A stretch of DNA of 64,000 nucleotides, taken from Amphiscolops sp. MND2022 (lineage: Eukaryota). Below, piece by piece: positions 47,565 to 61,525 of the stretch. Where the stretch lies: assembly GCA_964187785.1 (NCBI GenBank), contig OZ076409.1, forward strand, positions 84,260,001 through 84,324,000, given 5' to 3'. The position numbers and the translations under genes were made by a program. How positions within the stretch are numbered: position 1 is the stretch's first letter; each line of letters starts with the position of its first letter. Below the pieces are notes generated by a model. It was not told the origin of the DNA. It ran no database searches and worked only from the letters and a program-made list of their open reading frames with translations.

Positions 47565-48519
47565 TAAGAATTCGAGGTTGAATAATTTATTGGTGATCTA
47601 AGTTTTACAATCTATAAGAGCAAAACAAACTGAGTGAGAGTATCATAAAGAAAGTTGTGTCCACCTCTCGGAACAGGTAGGTATATATACTTCCGAGAGA
47701 ATGGAATTTACATATTTTGATATAATACCCGCAATTTACAAATTCCTTAAGTCACGAGGTTAAGGCACAACACTGGTTAAAATGAGGCGGTTAGTACCTT
47801 ATCAAAGAACTCTAGGAATTCATACTTGTTAGGGTCACGAAGTTATATCCTTCCATTCGGAAACATCAACAATATTACTACATATCATCATAGTTGAGTG
47901 GCATCGGCAACAAACATCAAACAAATAACATAACGCAACTATCTAAAGAATGTCCATCACGGAATGCTGCCACGTGCCTGCGAATGCCGGCCGTTGCAGC
48001 AAACGAGTATCTTTGACGTAAATCATGAAGCAAAACACAACATGTCCTAAATCGGCCATCTGCCTAGTATTCCAACTAATTTAATGCACCATTAGGACAA
48101 ACGGCCATATCCGGCCAATTGATTAAAGCAGTATAGCATCATGAAATACTTGAATATGATTGGTTGGTACATTAAGTTCAAGTGACGCTCTCGGACTGAA
48201 AGCTACGTACACTCGAACTCGTTTCCTTTAAGCCGTTTAGTAGCTTGCGTTGAACTACAATTTATACTGAGCATCGTTATTTTACAACTTGCAACTTCAC
48301 TTGTCTAATGTATTATTAGCAGACTAATACGCATTGTATCATAATAAAAATGTAATTGATCTAGGCAAACATAAATATTGGGAGTGAGTTTTTAGAGTTT
48401 AGCGTAAACCTGTTCAAAATGTTGGTAGGGTTCCGGGTATTATCTCTTACTGGCTGCTGCGTCCGGACTGGCTGCTGAAGTCGTTATTAAAGTGCCATCA
48501 CAGGCGGCAGCATGCGACA
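46979..48519 (-). repeat. 5' LTR of element B (1541 bp)
   Basis: Near-identical to 32858-34381 except for a divergent terminal ~85 bp. Confidence 0.95.
47682..47689 (-). promoter_or_regulatory. Candidate TATA box in LTR
   Basis: TATATATA ~120 bp upstream of the gag ATG; same context at 33561 and in the putative solo LTR at 3475. Confidence 0.5.
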
Positions 48520-48672
48520 GTTCTTGTTCCAACCTTTTGGCTTAAATCACTTTTTGACCACTTTATGGCGGAAATATTAGGGCGGCTAAACGGACGTTTG
48601 TGAAGAATCTCAGTTTAACTTCCTAAAACAGTCTCAAGAAAGCTGCTGATTTCTCTGGTTCTTACAAGAAAC

Positions 48673-49285
48673 AACAAGACGGGAACGTCCAAAGTCGGCG
48701 CTATATCTAAGGCTCAAAAAGCTCAGTTTCCTAAATATGCCCAGGATGTTTTCATGAAAAGCTTTGAAAACACTTTCGAGACACCCAAAGTGTGCCTTTC
48801 ATGCTCGATATGACTGGAAAATCACTTTTCTCGACTGGAAACAAAAAAATTTTTGAAAATTTTTTTTGAAAAAAATTTTTGAAAAAAACTCCGAAAACGT
48901 CGCATAGTGCCGAAAAATGAAAAGGGGGGACCCTTTGGGATTCATTAACATACTTTTTGTTGCAAAATATCAAAAAATCCGAAGGGGGGACTCTTTTGCA
49001 TAATTAAAAATTTTCGAAGAAAAATTCGCACAGTGCCGAAAAAAAATTGAAAGGGGGGACCCTTTGGAGTCTTCCGGTTTTGTAGGTTACGTAAAAAAGG
49101 TAAAAAACGAAAGGGGGGACCCTTTGCAGTAAGTTTGCATTGGTCGAACTAACCTGAGTGAACTTATCAGTTTCTGTAAAAAGTGGTACATACGCGATGA
49201 GCTCTGTGGTCTGACGAAAAAAAAAAAAACTAGCCACTGTAATAGTCGGGCTTTTTTCCTTAAAGGAAAATGCGCCGACTAAAAA
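48673..49285 (-). mobile_element. DINE-1/HINE-like element
   Basis: Same termini and internal repeats as 5919-7044, with a different internal segment near 48720-48850. Confidence 0.75.
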
Positions 49286-49713
49286 CGTCTAAGGCAACAC
49301 ATATTTGACCAAAATTAACGCAAGAACTTGATTTCAGTTCCACTCTATGAGCAAGGAACTTAGTTCAATCACTCTGAAGGAAAAATGGGCGCTCCGAAAC
49401 GTAGGAATTGTTTCTTTTCAGCAACAGCATGGTGTTGTAAACATGTTTTTGAATTACTTTGTCTGAATTGTCTGTGCAATGCAACATGTTGCCAGTTTTT
49501 TCATGAACAAAAAAATTCGGACTACAAAAATGAACACCCTTGTAGCAAAATCTATCTCTGAATGTCTAAAAATAATAATCGTATTTTTTAAAATGAATGC
49601 TTATCAAACAAAAGCAATGACCCTATAGATCTTCTAAAGGAATCATTCTCTAAGTCTAGTATCATTTCAAATTTGCCCTGTAAACGAAGTGGAAAATTGT
49701 TAAAAATTAAAAC

Positions 49714-49850
49714 CTGTGACTCTTCTTTCTGACTGCCTTTGAATCCGATATCCATTCCCCCATTGTCGCAACTTTGAGCTGCAAACTCATCCGCGTTTTC
49801 CACTGAAACCCCGTCACTTGCTTTGCTCATGGGCTTTTGGTCTGCTCCCC
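49714..49850 (-). CDS. Host gene exon (GGADQKPM...QKEESQ)
   Basis: tgttatag| acceptor, |gtttta donor, 137 nt, phase 1 to 0. Confidence 0.7.
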
Positions 49851-50245
49851 CTATAACAATCATCAATTGGAACTCCCATTCTCCCAAACAAGCTTGAAAA
49901 CACTCCAATGAATAGATAAAAGCTTGAACTCAATTAGTCAATGATGAAACCGTTCTCATGGGACATACACTGTAAGTCTAAGTTAACGGTTTGATAGAAC
50001 TTTTTTTACAGTGTTCCGGTTTTCTATTTTGTTGTTTTCTCAACTCAAAAGGTGATTTTGACCTCGAAAAAGAATCAGACAATAATCCAGCTTTTTAAAA
50101 CATTCGCTGGAAACACTTTTTTTAGGAACTAGAGGAACACTGAAACGATTTAGAGATATTTACTATGCAAATAACTGGTGCATAATAAATTAAGTATTAG
50201 TTGATGCATAATTCAAATTTGAGGACAATTTTGAAACAGAATGAC

Positions 50246-50446
50246 CTTGAGAACCAAGCGGAGACTTGGATCTTGACTGGTCTGGTTGGGACCCTGACTG
50301 ACTGGAGGTTTTAGTCTTGACATGGATACCAATTTGAAGAGAACCCTCTGCGGTGTAGTTCACACTTATCTTCTTCTCCTCCTCTGCCACTCCATTCTCG
50401 CCGGGAGTCAGTTTTTGGACCTTTCGACCGGTATCTCGTACACTCA
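50246..50446 (-). CDS. Host gene exon (xSVRDTGRK...SPLGSQ)
   Basis: T-rich tract then gaag| acceptor, |gtcatt donor, 201 nt, phase 1 to 1. Confidence 0.65.
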
Positions 50447-52487
50447 CTTCGATTCAAAAAAATGTAAAAAGTCGGAAAATACCCACAACTACGCATCACT
50501 AAAGACAAACAGCAAAGTTTTCAAATATGTTCAGGTTGGTTTTCGCAGAGACCTCAAAAGTCTCGCTGTGCCGAAAAGTACCCAAAGGGGAGACATTGTA
50601 GGATTATAAAAACTTTTTTCTATTGTAGAACAACAACAAGTCCCAATGAAAAATGCAGAGTGCCAAAAATGACCAGAGAAGGGAGTCACCTTTGATCTCA
50701 TGAAAATTTTGTTATTCAAACGTGTAATGTTCCATAGCCTTTTTTGTTTTCTTTTTCCGCCCACCAATAAACTTCTTCGGAAACTTAGTGAAATTATCAA
50801 GACAAAAGGACTAAAAACCAAACCAGAAACCTTCAATTTTAAATAGATTTTCTAGGTAAAAACTTAGATCCAGGGTATTATCAAAACTATTATTATTATC
50901 ATGGTTTTCTCGAAAAAAAAAGAACAATAGTTAGGATTATCAATCCTGTAGCAATCACGTTTGTTCGCTCAATTTTTTCTAAGGCGTCACGCATTCTTGA
51001 TAAGGAAATCAACAACTCTACCTTTTGAATCACAAGAAACGCTTACTTTGAACATAATTCGTCAAAATGTGTTGTTAAAACCCAAAACTATTCCAATAGA
51101 TTATATCGTACTGTTATGAAATAAGATTTCACTTTAAATTTGGTCAGTTTGAAAATTTTTTCAACAATTCACCACAAAATTTTGATGGAGATCGGGAACA
51201 GTTTTTCATTTCGGATAATAGATTTTTTGTTGCATGCAAACATTTCTGTTGTTTTTGGGCAGATTTAATTGCAACTGCTAGTACAGTTAATGTCGTATTT
51301 TACGATTACGCGTATGTTGGAAAATTGTCAAATAACAGTCAAATGCAAAAGTTTAAAGAAGTCAAAAACGTATGAACTACTAAAATGCAATATTGTAAAA
51401 CAGTCAAAATAATTAACGACTTCAATTTAATTCGTGAAGCAATTTCATGAAATCAGAAATCAATAGGAATTTTTGTTAAATTGTGTGAAGTAGTCAAACT
51501 TTACCCACTTTCCCCGTTTTTGATGAATGAATTTTCTAAACACTTGAAAAATGAATTCTTGTTGAAGATTGACTATTTCACGCTGTATACTCATCAATTG
51601 AACTATTTTTAGGTTGAATATTCTTGACTGATTTACATTTTTCGCTTATAACGCTCACTGATTGAAATCCTAATTTTTTTCATTACACTGTGCATCAAAA
51701 TTCGCGATTATCATTCTGCACTGTTTAACTAGAATAAGGTTTTCTCTCGTTTTACGAAAACAAAAACTATTACACCTGATAATGAAATTCATTTTTGAGG
51801 CTTTTGTATTGTATTGATGGTACGTATTGTTGCTTGTGTCGTAACTCTAGAAAGCATGCACTTTGATATTTCATTGAGTCAGCAGCATAGTTTAGGTATA
51901 TGGACTAACCTGATCAAAAGTAAAACCTCTTTTCATAACGGAAAGTTAACGTCTATCAGAAGTTTTTTGCTTGAACAAAACATTGTTTACACATTTTGAC
52001 TATGATAATGTTCGTATAAAGTGTTTTTTGATGACTCAAAACAGGAAGCTGTTGAATCCTTGATCAAAAATGCTTGATTACATAGCTGGGGCTCCGCAAA
52101 AATATTGGTATGGAAAATATAGGCTCTAGATTGTTTATTTCAATGAAAAAATAATGGCATTTATTTATTCTGGCAATCAAATCTGGCAATAATTTATTCA
52201 AGGTGAAAAAAGATTGGTCCATTGTTTACATATTACACTTTAGGTAATAATTTATTACTAGTAAAAACCTAGTAAATTAGGAAGCAAAATGTCACCCATA
52301 GGTGTGGTTGCAAAGTAAATGAAACAGCTGCGATCCTGAATTGCAGCACCACTTGCGCAAAAATGCCAATTTTGTCATGTAGAAAGATTTCAAAAAAGGC
52401 ATCGTTAAGTGCGTTGATGGACAAAGTGTTGATCTATCCCCATCTAAAAGATAGCACTAAAACCATAAGAAAACTCATCTAGATTGG

Positions 52488-52745
52488 ATGTCATGCCAGA
52501 CGACAGCTCAGAAACGTTTGCGGAAAACCTTCTGCTTGCAAAAACAGAAAGACGGTAAATACAACCTACATAAATATGCACTGGTTTCTGGGACGTCTAA
52601 CATATGTGACCGCATTTTCAGCAGAGCAAAGTTAACACTTCGGACACTTCGCCGAAACATGACATCGATGCATTTCGAGGAAACGCTGTTTCTTCAAGTA
52701 AAAAAATACCTTGGGGGTCCTGAACTTGTTTCATGTATAGTTTAA
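52488..52745 (+). pseudogene. hAT transposase C-terminal dimerisation-domain relic
   Basis: GTSNICDRIFSRAKLTLRTLRRNMTSMHFEETLFL resembles the hATC S-x-x-C-E-R-x-F-S...LFL pattern. Confidence 0.7.
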
Positions 52746-52989
52746 CTTCAAGGTTTAATATTGTACACTTCATCAATATTGACAAGAATTTATTTTCCCG
52801 TACTCTCAATGAAATTTATTATTCTTGAGATTCAGTTCATGGCAATAATTAATATATATGCCAGAAGTCTCTCAAAAAAGTTTTTCAGCTTTCAGCGATC
52901 TTTTCCAAATTGAACGGAAATAAAAAACTGATCACGCTGTTCACAAGTTTTTCATTGAAAAAGAAATTCAGTTCTCAAAAACGGCTGGC

Positions 52990-54001
52990 ACTTCGCACAA
53001 TTGGTTCTTTTCCAATTGAAAACCGAAGCGAAATTATTGGAGCGGTTAAATTTGGAACTTCATTCAAAAACATTGCTTTCCGATTTCATACCGAAAAGAG
53101 GACAGTAAGAGCGATTTGGGACAAATACCGCCGAACTGGGACCGTTAAAGACAAGTCTCGTTCATGGAGTCCAAAAATTACGAATGCTGTAACCAATCGA
53201 AGATTTGTAAAAGAGCATTTGAAAAACCCTTACCTGAACCGATTGACTGCAACCGATACAGCAAACGTTTCGAATATCGGAAGAAAAACGGTTGCTCGAT
53301 TTTTTAAAAAAAATTATGGATTATAATGCCGCAGACTTGCAAAAAAGCCATTCCCAATACCACTCAATAGACGAATGCGTTTGTTTTTCTCCGACAATAC
53401 AGGTTGTTGGATTACCCAGTGGAACGAAACTCTTTTTACAGATGAATGTCGTTTCTCAATTCACCAGTCGGATGGTCGCATTCGCATTTACCGAGGAAGT
53501 CAGGGACGATTCAAAATTGCAATGTAATGAGTTTTGACAGATGGAAAAACATCAGTGTCATGGTCTGCGCGGACATCACGGAAAATTTTAGAACCAACCT
53601 GATCATATTTGATGGTAACGTGGATTCACCCAAATCCATGAACGAAGTCTTGAGGTATTACCTTTCATGTCATCTTATCCGAATATTTGGATATTTCAAC
53701 AAAAGAATGTCCCACCTCACACCGCACAAATAACCTCAGATTTTCTGGAACAAAACAACATCCGAGTTCTTCCATGACCTCCTGCTTTTCTCGATTTGTC
53801 ACCTATCGAACATTTTTGGGACCAACTCAAAAGAAGACTTCGGACGATGTCCCCATTGCCACGTACCGTTCAGGAGCTGAAAGATGCGAACCAGTATTTG
53901 TATCTTACGCATCCTTAAGACAATATACGAACGCTTATTCACTCAATGCCTCGCCGAATCAACGTCTGCTTTCGAAGTAGAGGCCACGCAACGAAATACT
54001 A
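52990..54001 (+). pseudogene. Decayed Tc1-family transposase
   Basis: Across frames: HTH-like N-terminus, LFTDECRF (~53431), SVMVCADI, FQQKNVPPH (~53694), DLSPIEHFWDQL (~53793), GHATKY*. TIRs not confirmed. Confidence 0.85.
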
Positions 54002-54611
54002 GACAAACGAAACTCATTTTATTTTGTTACAATATTTGTTAATTTGCAAAGACTTTAAATATAAAGTTAATTTAGTGTAAAAGTCAATGGGGTCAATCTA
54101 GCTGAAGGTCCATTCATATGGGTAAAACTCCTGTTGGTAAAGGCGTATTGCTGTTCCCAGTAGAAATTCCGTAAACGTCAATATTGCAAATGGCCGCTTG
54201 CTGCATTATGGTTAAAATCAAAGAAAACATATCGTTGCAGGATTCGATAGATTTTCGAAAATAATCCAGGTGTAGAATCGAAAACTCAAATTTCTATTTG
54301 GAAACTTTTATGGTAGAGTGGTTGGGTAAGTATTCGAGTTTATTTTAACTGCAGTGTAATTGTTTCGATCGCAAAGTTTGATTTTCAAAGACTGTTTTTC
54401 CCCTTCTTCCCCAATTGCACATTTTTCAAAACTATTGAATTTTGTAATTAAGGTTTGAGTTGTATTTCTTGAAATTTTCTATTCTTTCGACATATAAGAG
54501 TGAAGTTCTCTAAGGTGGGAAAGTTAACAAAAAAGAGCCCCTTCACGAAATTATTTAAAAATATTCAGAAAAAATTTTTTAAGATTGAATGGTGTAATGT
54601 AAGAGAAGAAC

Positions 54612-54672
54612 GCGCCAGCTGGTTTTCCTCCAGTGATTTATAAGTGCTGCTCCGAGAAGAGTGTTTCGACAT
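54612..54672 (-). CDS. Speculative first coding exon of the host gene (MSKHSSRSSTYKSLEENQLA)
   Basis: ATG-initiated 61 nt ending in phase 1, matching the 50446 acceptor; weak donor gttctt. Confidence 0.2.
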
Positions 54673-55966
54673 TCTGCTCTTTACTGGTTTCCAGTCGAGT
54701 CGAAGTCCACTTAGTTACAGTGTGCTTGTTTTCAACTCACAGTTGGTTGGTTATCAACTTTTCAAAACATTTTAGTTCAGAATGAATGAGATGACGTAAT
54801 CATCGTTGATGTAATAGAAATGCATGACGTAAAAAAATAAATTTCAGTGTAAATAAGAAAGCATTTTTCTACCTTAGATTATTATTCTACCTTCAATCAC
54901 AATAAAACAGTTAGACTATGTAACTCCATTTAAAAAAAATGAGAAAATGATTGAAACGTACAGTCATCAATACAGAAGTTTGTAATGTGACAGCTTATTA
55001 AACTATCTCACTGCTCTCTGTTTGAACCCCGAATGTAGAAATAGATTATTTTCTGATCATCGACTGAGACTGTCATGGCTTCGTCAAGGTACAAATTGTT
55101 TTTCCCCTTTTTAATGGTTATCGAAAATATCAATTTTTTCCTCCTGTAATTTCACTTAGTTCAAAATATCTTGAAACTCTTGACAAGATCTTGCATTTTC
55201 CTGAAATCCTTTGTAAGAATCTTGCCAAACTTCTGTCAAGACAAAAGAAATCGGGAACATCTTCAACAAACTTAGCTCTTTCTTCAGCGAAATAGATAAT
55301 TTTCGAGAGGAATTTATCTTGGTTCAATTTGAAAAATTACAGAAGCTCGACAGAGCTCGATTGCTCTGATTAGAAAAACTATATGGTGAGAAAAAGTTGT
55401 ACAATAACAAAATTTTCCAAGGGGGACTTTTCAACGGGGCGACTTTTTTGCCTGAGAATATGATATGAGATAAATGGTGAAAAGCCGCACAGAGCCGGAG
55501 AGAGCTGTAAGGTTTTTCCAAAGACTTGAATACAGTTATCGAGAAAACTTTCATCTATCCGACAGCAACAAAAATAACCAATGAAGTCATCTTAAAATTC
55601 AAAAACGATTTTGTTTAACAGAAGATGTCAAAAAAATCAAAATGTGGGTAAAATTTTTCACGGAAAAAGTTTTTTTGTATTTTTTTCGATAGCAAAAAAT
55701 GTTCAGTAAGTAGCACAGTGCCCTAAGGGTCGTGTCTAAACTCGCCGAACTTTTTTGGGATAAAATTCAAAGCGGGAGACTTGAGAAAGAAAATGAAAGA
55801 AATGCTGTATACTGCCGAAAATCCACAAAGTGGGACATTTTGATTTCTCTTTTACGTCTCTCGACAAAAATATGTCAATTTCAGAACACTTTTTTTCATC
55901 ATTATTACACTAATTGTTTGGTTGCAAAGTTTGACATTATTCAATTTTCAGTCCTTTGAAGCATGC

Positions 55967-56196
55967 TGTGAGGAGAAAGTGACCATGACTCTCGAACTGA
56001 ACTTCATTAAAAAGAACATCTAAACTACTTAAATTGAGCAAGTTGTCAATACATATTATCAACATTATAAATATTATTTGCAATTATACATGTAGAGGTA
56101 ATTATCTGAGAGCAAAACATTTGCCACTGGATCTTATTCTAATACAGCATTGCTCAAATTTTATCTTCTTTGATTTGTCACCGTGAGAGTACAACA
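55967..56196 (+). repeat. 5' LTR of element C
   Basis: tgtgaggag...gagagtacaaca. Confidence 0.9.
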
Positions 56197-59100
56197 TGGT
56201 GCTGCGAGACAATATGGACTCGATCAGAGGAGCAACTTCGAGCAGTCCGTCAGCTTAGGCGGGACTGCCAGCATTCTGGGACACAGCTGAATCACCACCT
56301 AAAACAGAATGGAAAAGGGGTGAGACATATTTGCTGTAGCAGTCAATGCAGAACATTCACTTTCTGTACACGAATTATTGAGAACACCAACTGAAGATCG
56401 CCCAAGACAAAATGCAATAATAAACAACATGAACGAACAAGACGCCGAACGAAAAGTGGTTGGCATTTAATTCCTATCATTGGGGTCGGAAGGACGGAAG
56501 AACTTGACGGACCGACATCCATACATGGTTATCTCAACAGCGACACTGGCAGAGATGAGAGAAATATGTGATCAGACAATCAGAAAGCAGCGAAATCGCA
56601 CGCCAGAGCAATACAAGTTCTTCCCCGGAAAACAACAATATAGAAACAATAAGGCAATTTTGGAATGCACGAACTTGACTAGCGGCACGATGCGACTTCG
56701 CAAAACAGACAAATTGTTTATTCATGGATTCATTAATTCAAAACATTCATAACAAGACCGTACAGGAACGTTTGTGCACCGAGTTAAAGGAAAATCCTGA
56801 AGAGAAACCACATTTCGCGCCACCACATTTCGAGGAACGTTTTTGCCAGCAAAAGAGTTTCCCGGAGGAAACGAGATCAAAAAAGAAACAGTAGATGCAA
56901 TTGACAATAAAGGGAAAAATTCACGCACGCGATATTGCAAAAAACCATCTGATGACATGTAAAGCCAAAAATGAGCAGTGTCGAAACTGCGGAACAATTG
57001 GACATTTAATTCGGATGTGTGAACGCCTCAAAAATGCCACTTTCAGAGGAACTGCCAGGTTTGCATATAGACGCGGATTACGACGAGTAAATCTTTTTGA
57101 CCAAACAACGGACCGAAAGAAGCTCAGAGTGGGACGAGGACAATGTGGTGCTAAGATTGGATGGAACAGGTTTTCGCCGTTTGTGTTAAAAAGACGAATT
57201 AACAAACAGTCATTCACAACCATGATTACCTCCGGATCACCAAATACAATATTTACCAAAGAAGAAGTTCGGAAGATATTGAAAAGTGATGTGATCTTTG
57301 CCAGACCGTTGCCAAAGAACGAATAATACGTCAACTATATTGGAAACCATTAAATATAATTGGCTTCGTCAACGTGGATGTGCAGATGGGCAAGCGATCT
57401 ATCAAAAGAGCAGATATAGTAATTGCGAGAGATGCGAAGAAATCATTGGTGATGCAATTAAACTTTAGAGTAGCGGAAGCAGGCAAAGAAGATGAGTGTG
57501 TACTAATTTTGTAAATAGCATTGTAAATAAAATAGAATTGTCATCAGAGCTATAAAAGAGTTCAACAAAGGTATCCTAAGATTTTTAGCAGGCAATGAAA
57601 AATTTTGGGCTACACTATAAAAATCGAATTCAAAAAAGGAGCGACAAAAACACAACAAAAAAGAAGGAGGGTACCATTGCAGCTGCAGAAAGCAGTATAT
57701 GCGGAAAATAAAAGCCTACTAGCTGCTGGTCACATCAAACGAGTGGACAAAATAACAGACGATATGATATGTTCATCCAACCAGTTGGCTTTACGGTCAA
57801 GAAAGACCAAAAAATCAAGATAGCACTAAATGCCAGGTCACTCAACAATGCCATATTACAGAACAAATACCAAATGCCTAACTTGGAAGGCTTGATGGAG
57901 ATAGTGGCAGAAATAGTGAACGATAACAAAGGCGACGAATTGTTCTTCATGTCACTCGATATGCAGTACGCGTATGGCCAAACAATCTTACATCCATAAC
58001 AGAGAAGCACTGTAATTTTTAGATCGTGGGAGGCAAATCAACGGGAACAAAATCATGCCCCCGAGTTCCGCATGATAAAGGACCAAATATTACACGCGAC
58101 AAAGAACACATTTACATTTATTGACGACATCCTCATTGTAACAAAGGGAACGAAGGAGGAACACATGACACAGGTGGAAAACGTGGTCAGAGTACTAGAC
58201 GAGGCAGGGGTTCACCTAAAATTGGAAAAATGCCAAATAGCAAAAAGAAACACAGAATGGATAGACTATAAACTGTCAGTGGAGGGCATAAAATCAATGA
58301 AAGAAAAGATCCAGGCCATAACAGATAAACTCAGGCCAAAGAATTCGAAAGACCTACAATCGTATATGGGGGCCATAAGTCAAATGAAAAGGTTCGTTCC
58401 TAAGTTAGCAATTTGATATGCCCCATTTTATCCTCTGCTGAAAATGGATAATGAATGGAAATGGCAAGAGAAGAGAAGCTTGACGACGAAGCTTTTAGAA
58501 AAAAACAGGCAAAAAAAATTACAGAAATCAACTATTTCAAAAGGAACTGACCTCTCAGGATTACGTGTGATGCCAGTAAGGAAGGTCTGGGGTCAATCCT
58601 CTAGCAGCAGAACGATAGATGAAAGGAAAGCACCCATTGTGCATCGAGGTTCCCATCCGAATTCGAGAAAAAGTACTCAAATATTGAGCTTGAGATATTG
58701 GCGGTAGTATGGGCAATAAAAAATTTACGGAATTTTGAATACGGAACACATTTCGAAGTCCTGTCTGACCACAAAGCCCTCACTACCTTCTTAAAGATAA
58801 GTGATCAAACAAAACATTCTCTTCGAGGTTGACGTCATGGGACGATAAAATCCTACCCTTTCAGTTTGAGGTATTTCACGCTCAGGGTCGTAAAAATGGG
58901 TATGGCTGATTACCTCTCTCGTCACTCATCCGAAAGGTAACGACCATAAAATTAAAGCAGAGGAGTTATGGGATAGCTGGTTTACTGGAAGTGAAATAAC
59001 AAAATGTGATTAATGTGTTTCAGAAAATCAGAAGTCACAACTAAAGCAGAATCAGCCTATGGGAACGAAATGAGTGGAAACGCGCGAACGACAAGGTAAC

Positions 59101-61110
59101 CCCGCGGCGACAAGTGAGAGTGATGTATATGAAAGCAAACAAACAGCCACTCAAACAAATAGCTGCAGTTATTCAGACGTCCCAATTAAGCGAGTCAAAT
59201 TCAGACGCGAGCGACAGTGAAAACATGAGCGAAGAACTCATGCGAATGGCCGATCAGCCACCAATCAAAACGCCGGTTTGCTACTCTGTAACCCAAATGA
59301 GGATTTTTTATACTTTTACCTTCGCATCGAAAAACGAGATCGATGAACTCCTGCAGAAGATAATACTTTTGTTAAAAAAGCCCGACAGCACGAAAATTAA
59401 CCGCCTACCCACGCCATGGCGTAACAAATTCCGCTGTTTAAGTCTCGATCAACACGACTTTATTTACATGGACGAAAGACTTGTCATCTCAAAAACATTA
59501 GGCCCTCTTGTAATTCGCTCCCTACAGCATGGACATCCGGCACGAGACGCGATGTTAGCGACATTTAGGTTAGCAATGTGTGGTAGCCTAGGCTACATCG
59601 CGAGGTGGTAGCAATAGCTCGCTCATGCCTTCAATGCCGCGAATCAGGTAAGAACATCAAAATTCTATTTACAGAAAAACAAATTGGGAAACCATCGGAA
59701 TGTAAGGAAACGCACTCATAAATAGCAATTGATTTTGCAGGACCGTTTCAGAATGCACTCAACACAAAGAAATATCTAAAAGTTTCGGTCGATCATTTTT
59801 TGAGTTGCCTGAAGCAAGTTTCCTAGTGAAACCAACATCAGATAAGGTAATAGAAATCTTTAGAAAGTATATAGCAAGACGACATGTAAGACCACAGGCA
59901 ATAAGAACGGATCGGGCAACGATATTTCGGAGTAAACGATTCAAATAGTTTTGTGAAATTAGACTTCAAAAAAATCAATCACTTAGAATGCCCAATCAGA
60001 GATTATCGAGGTAACGGCAAAATAAAACGGCTGATAAAAACTATAAACGAACATTTGCGAACGAATTAGCAAATGGTCGTAAAGAAAGACAACTCAGGAC
60101 TCTCGGGAATTTTATCGCCCTCCGATAGTATCCATCAAAAAATAGAAAATCACCGTACGAGAAGTAAACGGGGAAAGAACAAAACACGAAAAAAAATTGG
60201 TTATTACCTGTGACCAATTTTTTTTCCAGTTTTGACCAGTTTTTTTCAGAACCTGCAGACTTCAAACTGACGGCAACCAATTTTGGATCTGGCCAAGATT
60301 CAACTGTACTCGTGCGAGAAAAAACACGCGGTGTTAAATTGGAGAAGGCATACCAAAAAAGAAAAAGGACCCTTCTACAGCAGACGGATCACAAAAGAAA
60401 ATGCCTGCCAATGGGGAAAACTAATCCATCGATCTTGTCAAAAATTGACATTTGCAGATAAGCAGACGCAAATCAACCATGTTGCTCAGAAGAGGCAGAC
60501 CGCCGATTACTGGCGAGCCGCAGCGAAGATCATAATGACGAAGAACAGTCACAAGGTAGCAATGAGCGCAACGACACTTACGAATCAAGTCAAGATTGAT
60601 AGTTTTCCGCCAGAACAACCAATGGCAGCGCAGAGTGAGGAAATGACCACAGCAAACAAAAAGAAAGTCAATCCAGCAATGAAAAAACTGAAAAAAAAAC
60701 GCATAAAGAAAAAAGCAACTACATGACAGGCGAAAGAAACAAACCCAAAACAAAAAAAAACATTGCAACAATCCCTGGAGAAGAAACTGATGATGAAGAA
60801 ACCATTAAGGCCGAACAAAACAAAGAACAAAAGATCAAACAGGAACAAGAAGCAGATGAAAATACAGAATCAGAAGAAACAACAACTCGCGATGAAATGC
60901 CACAACAGTAGGAATTGCCACCAAGACGTGACACCGTACATGAGAAGAACCACTAGACGAGGAGAACGACAACGACATAAAACAGACTTTTATGGACGAA
61001 ACGTCATGATTTTCAGAATCGAAGGTCCTCAGCGAAATCACAAACAAACCATGAACATTGAAACATTGAATGTATATAAATCCAAATTTGTGCTGAAGTT
61101 AGATAATTGA
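56196..61110 (+). pseudogene. Decayed gag-pol of element C
   Basis: Knuckle CRNCGTIGHLIRMC; PR-like MITSGSP; RT SLDMQYAYGQ and FIDDILI; integrase HGHP; many disruptions. Confidence 0.88.
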
Positions 61111-61297
61111 TTACATTTGAGTTAATGCCAACCCGCCGGAAATGTGCAGTATTTATAATCACCATATCCCTTCATACACTAACCCATTGAACGTCAGCAT
61201 TGACAATTGTGATACTACATTCAGTTACGATACCAATTACATATGTTACCGATACACTTAAGGTCGTGCAGTTTTACTTTTTCATCAGTTGAGGGGA

Positions 61298-61525
61298 TGT
61301 GAAAGAGTGATCTTGACTCTCGTACTGAGCTTCAATTAAAAGAACATCTGAACTAATTAAATTGAGCAAGTTGTAAATAGATATTATCAACATTTTGAAT
61401 AATATTTACAAACGTAACTGTAGAGGAAGTTATCTAAGAGCAAAACATTTGCAACAGGGTCTTACTCTAATACAGTATTGCTCAACATTCAAATCTTCTT
61501 GATTTGTCATCGTGAGACTACAACA
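61298..61525 (+). repeat. 3' LTR of element C
   Basis: tgtgaaagagtga...gagactacaaca. Confidence 0.9.

Larger units (their letters stand above)
32858..48519 (-). mobile_element. Young 15.7-kb Ty3/Gypsy LTR retrotransposon (element B) with two extra genes
   Basis: 1.5-kb LTRs TGTCGTA...TGCGACA, perfect GTTCT TSD (32853-57, 48520-24), gag, PR-RT-RH-INT. Confidence 0.96.
55967..61525 (+). mobile_element. Old full-length Ty3/Gypsy element (element C), related to element A
   Basis: ~230-bp diverged LTRs, perfect CATGC TSD (55962-66, 61526-30), PBS TGGTGCTGCGAG, PPT GAGGGGA. Confidence 0.93.

Noticed and set aside
52760..54080. TIRs for the Tc1 relic
   Set aside because: Only a short TACACT...AGTGTA match; too weak to call.
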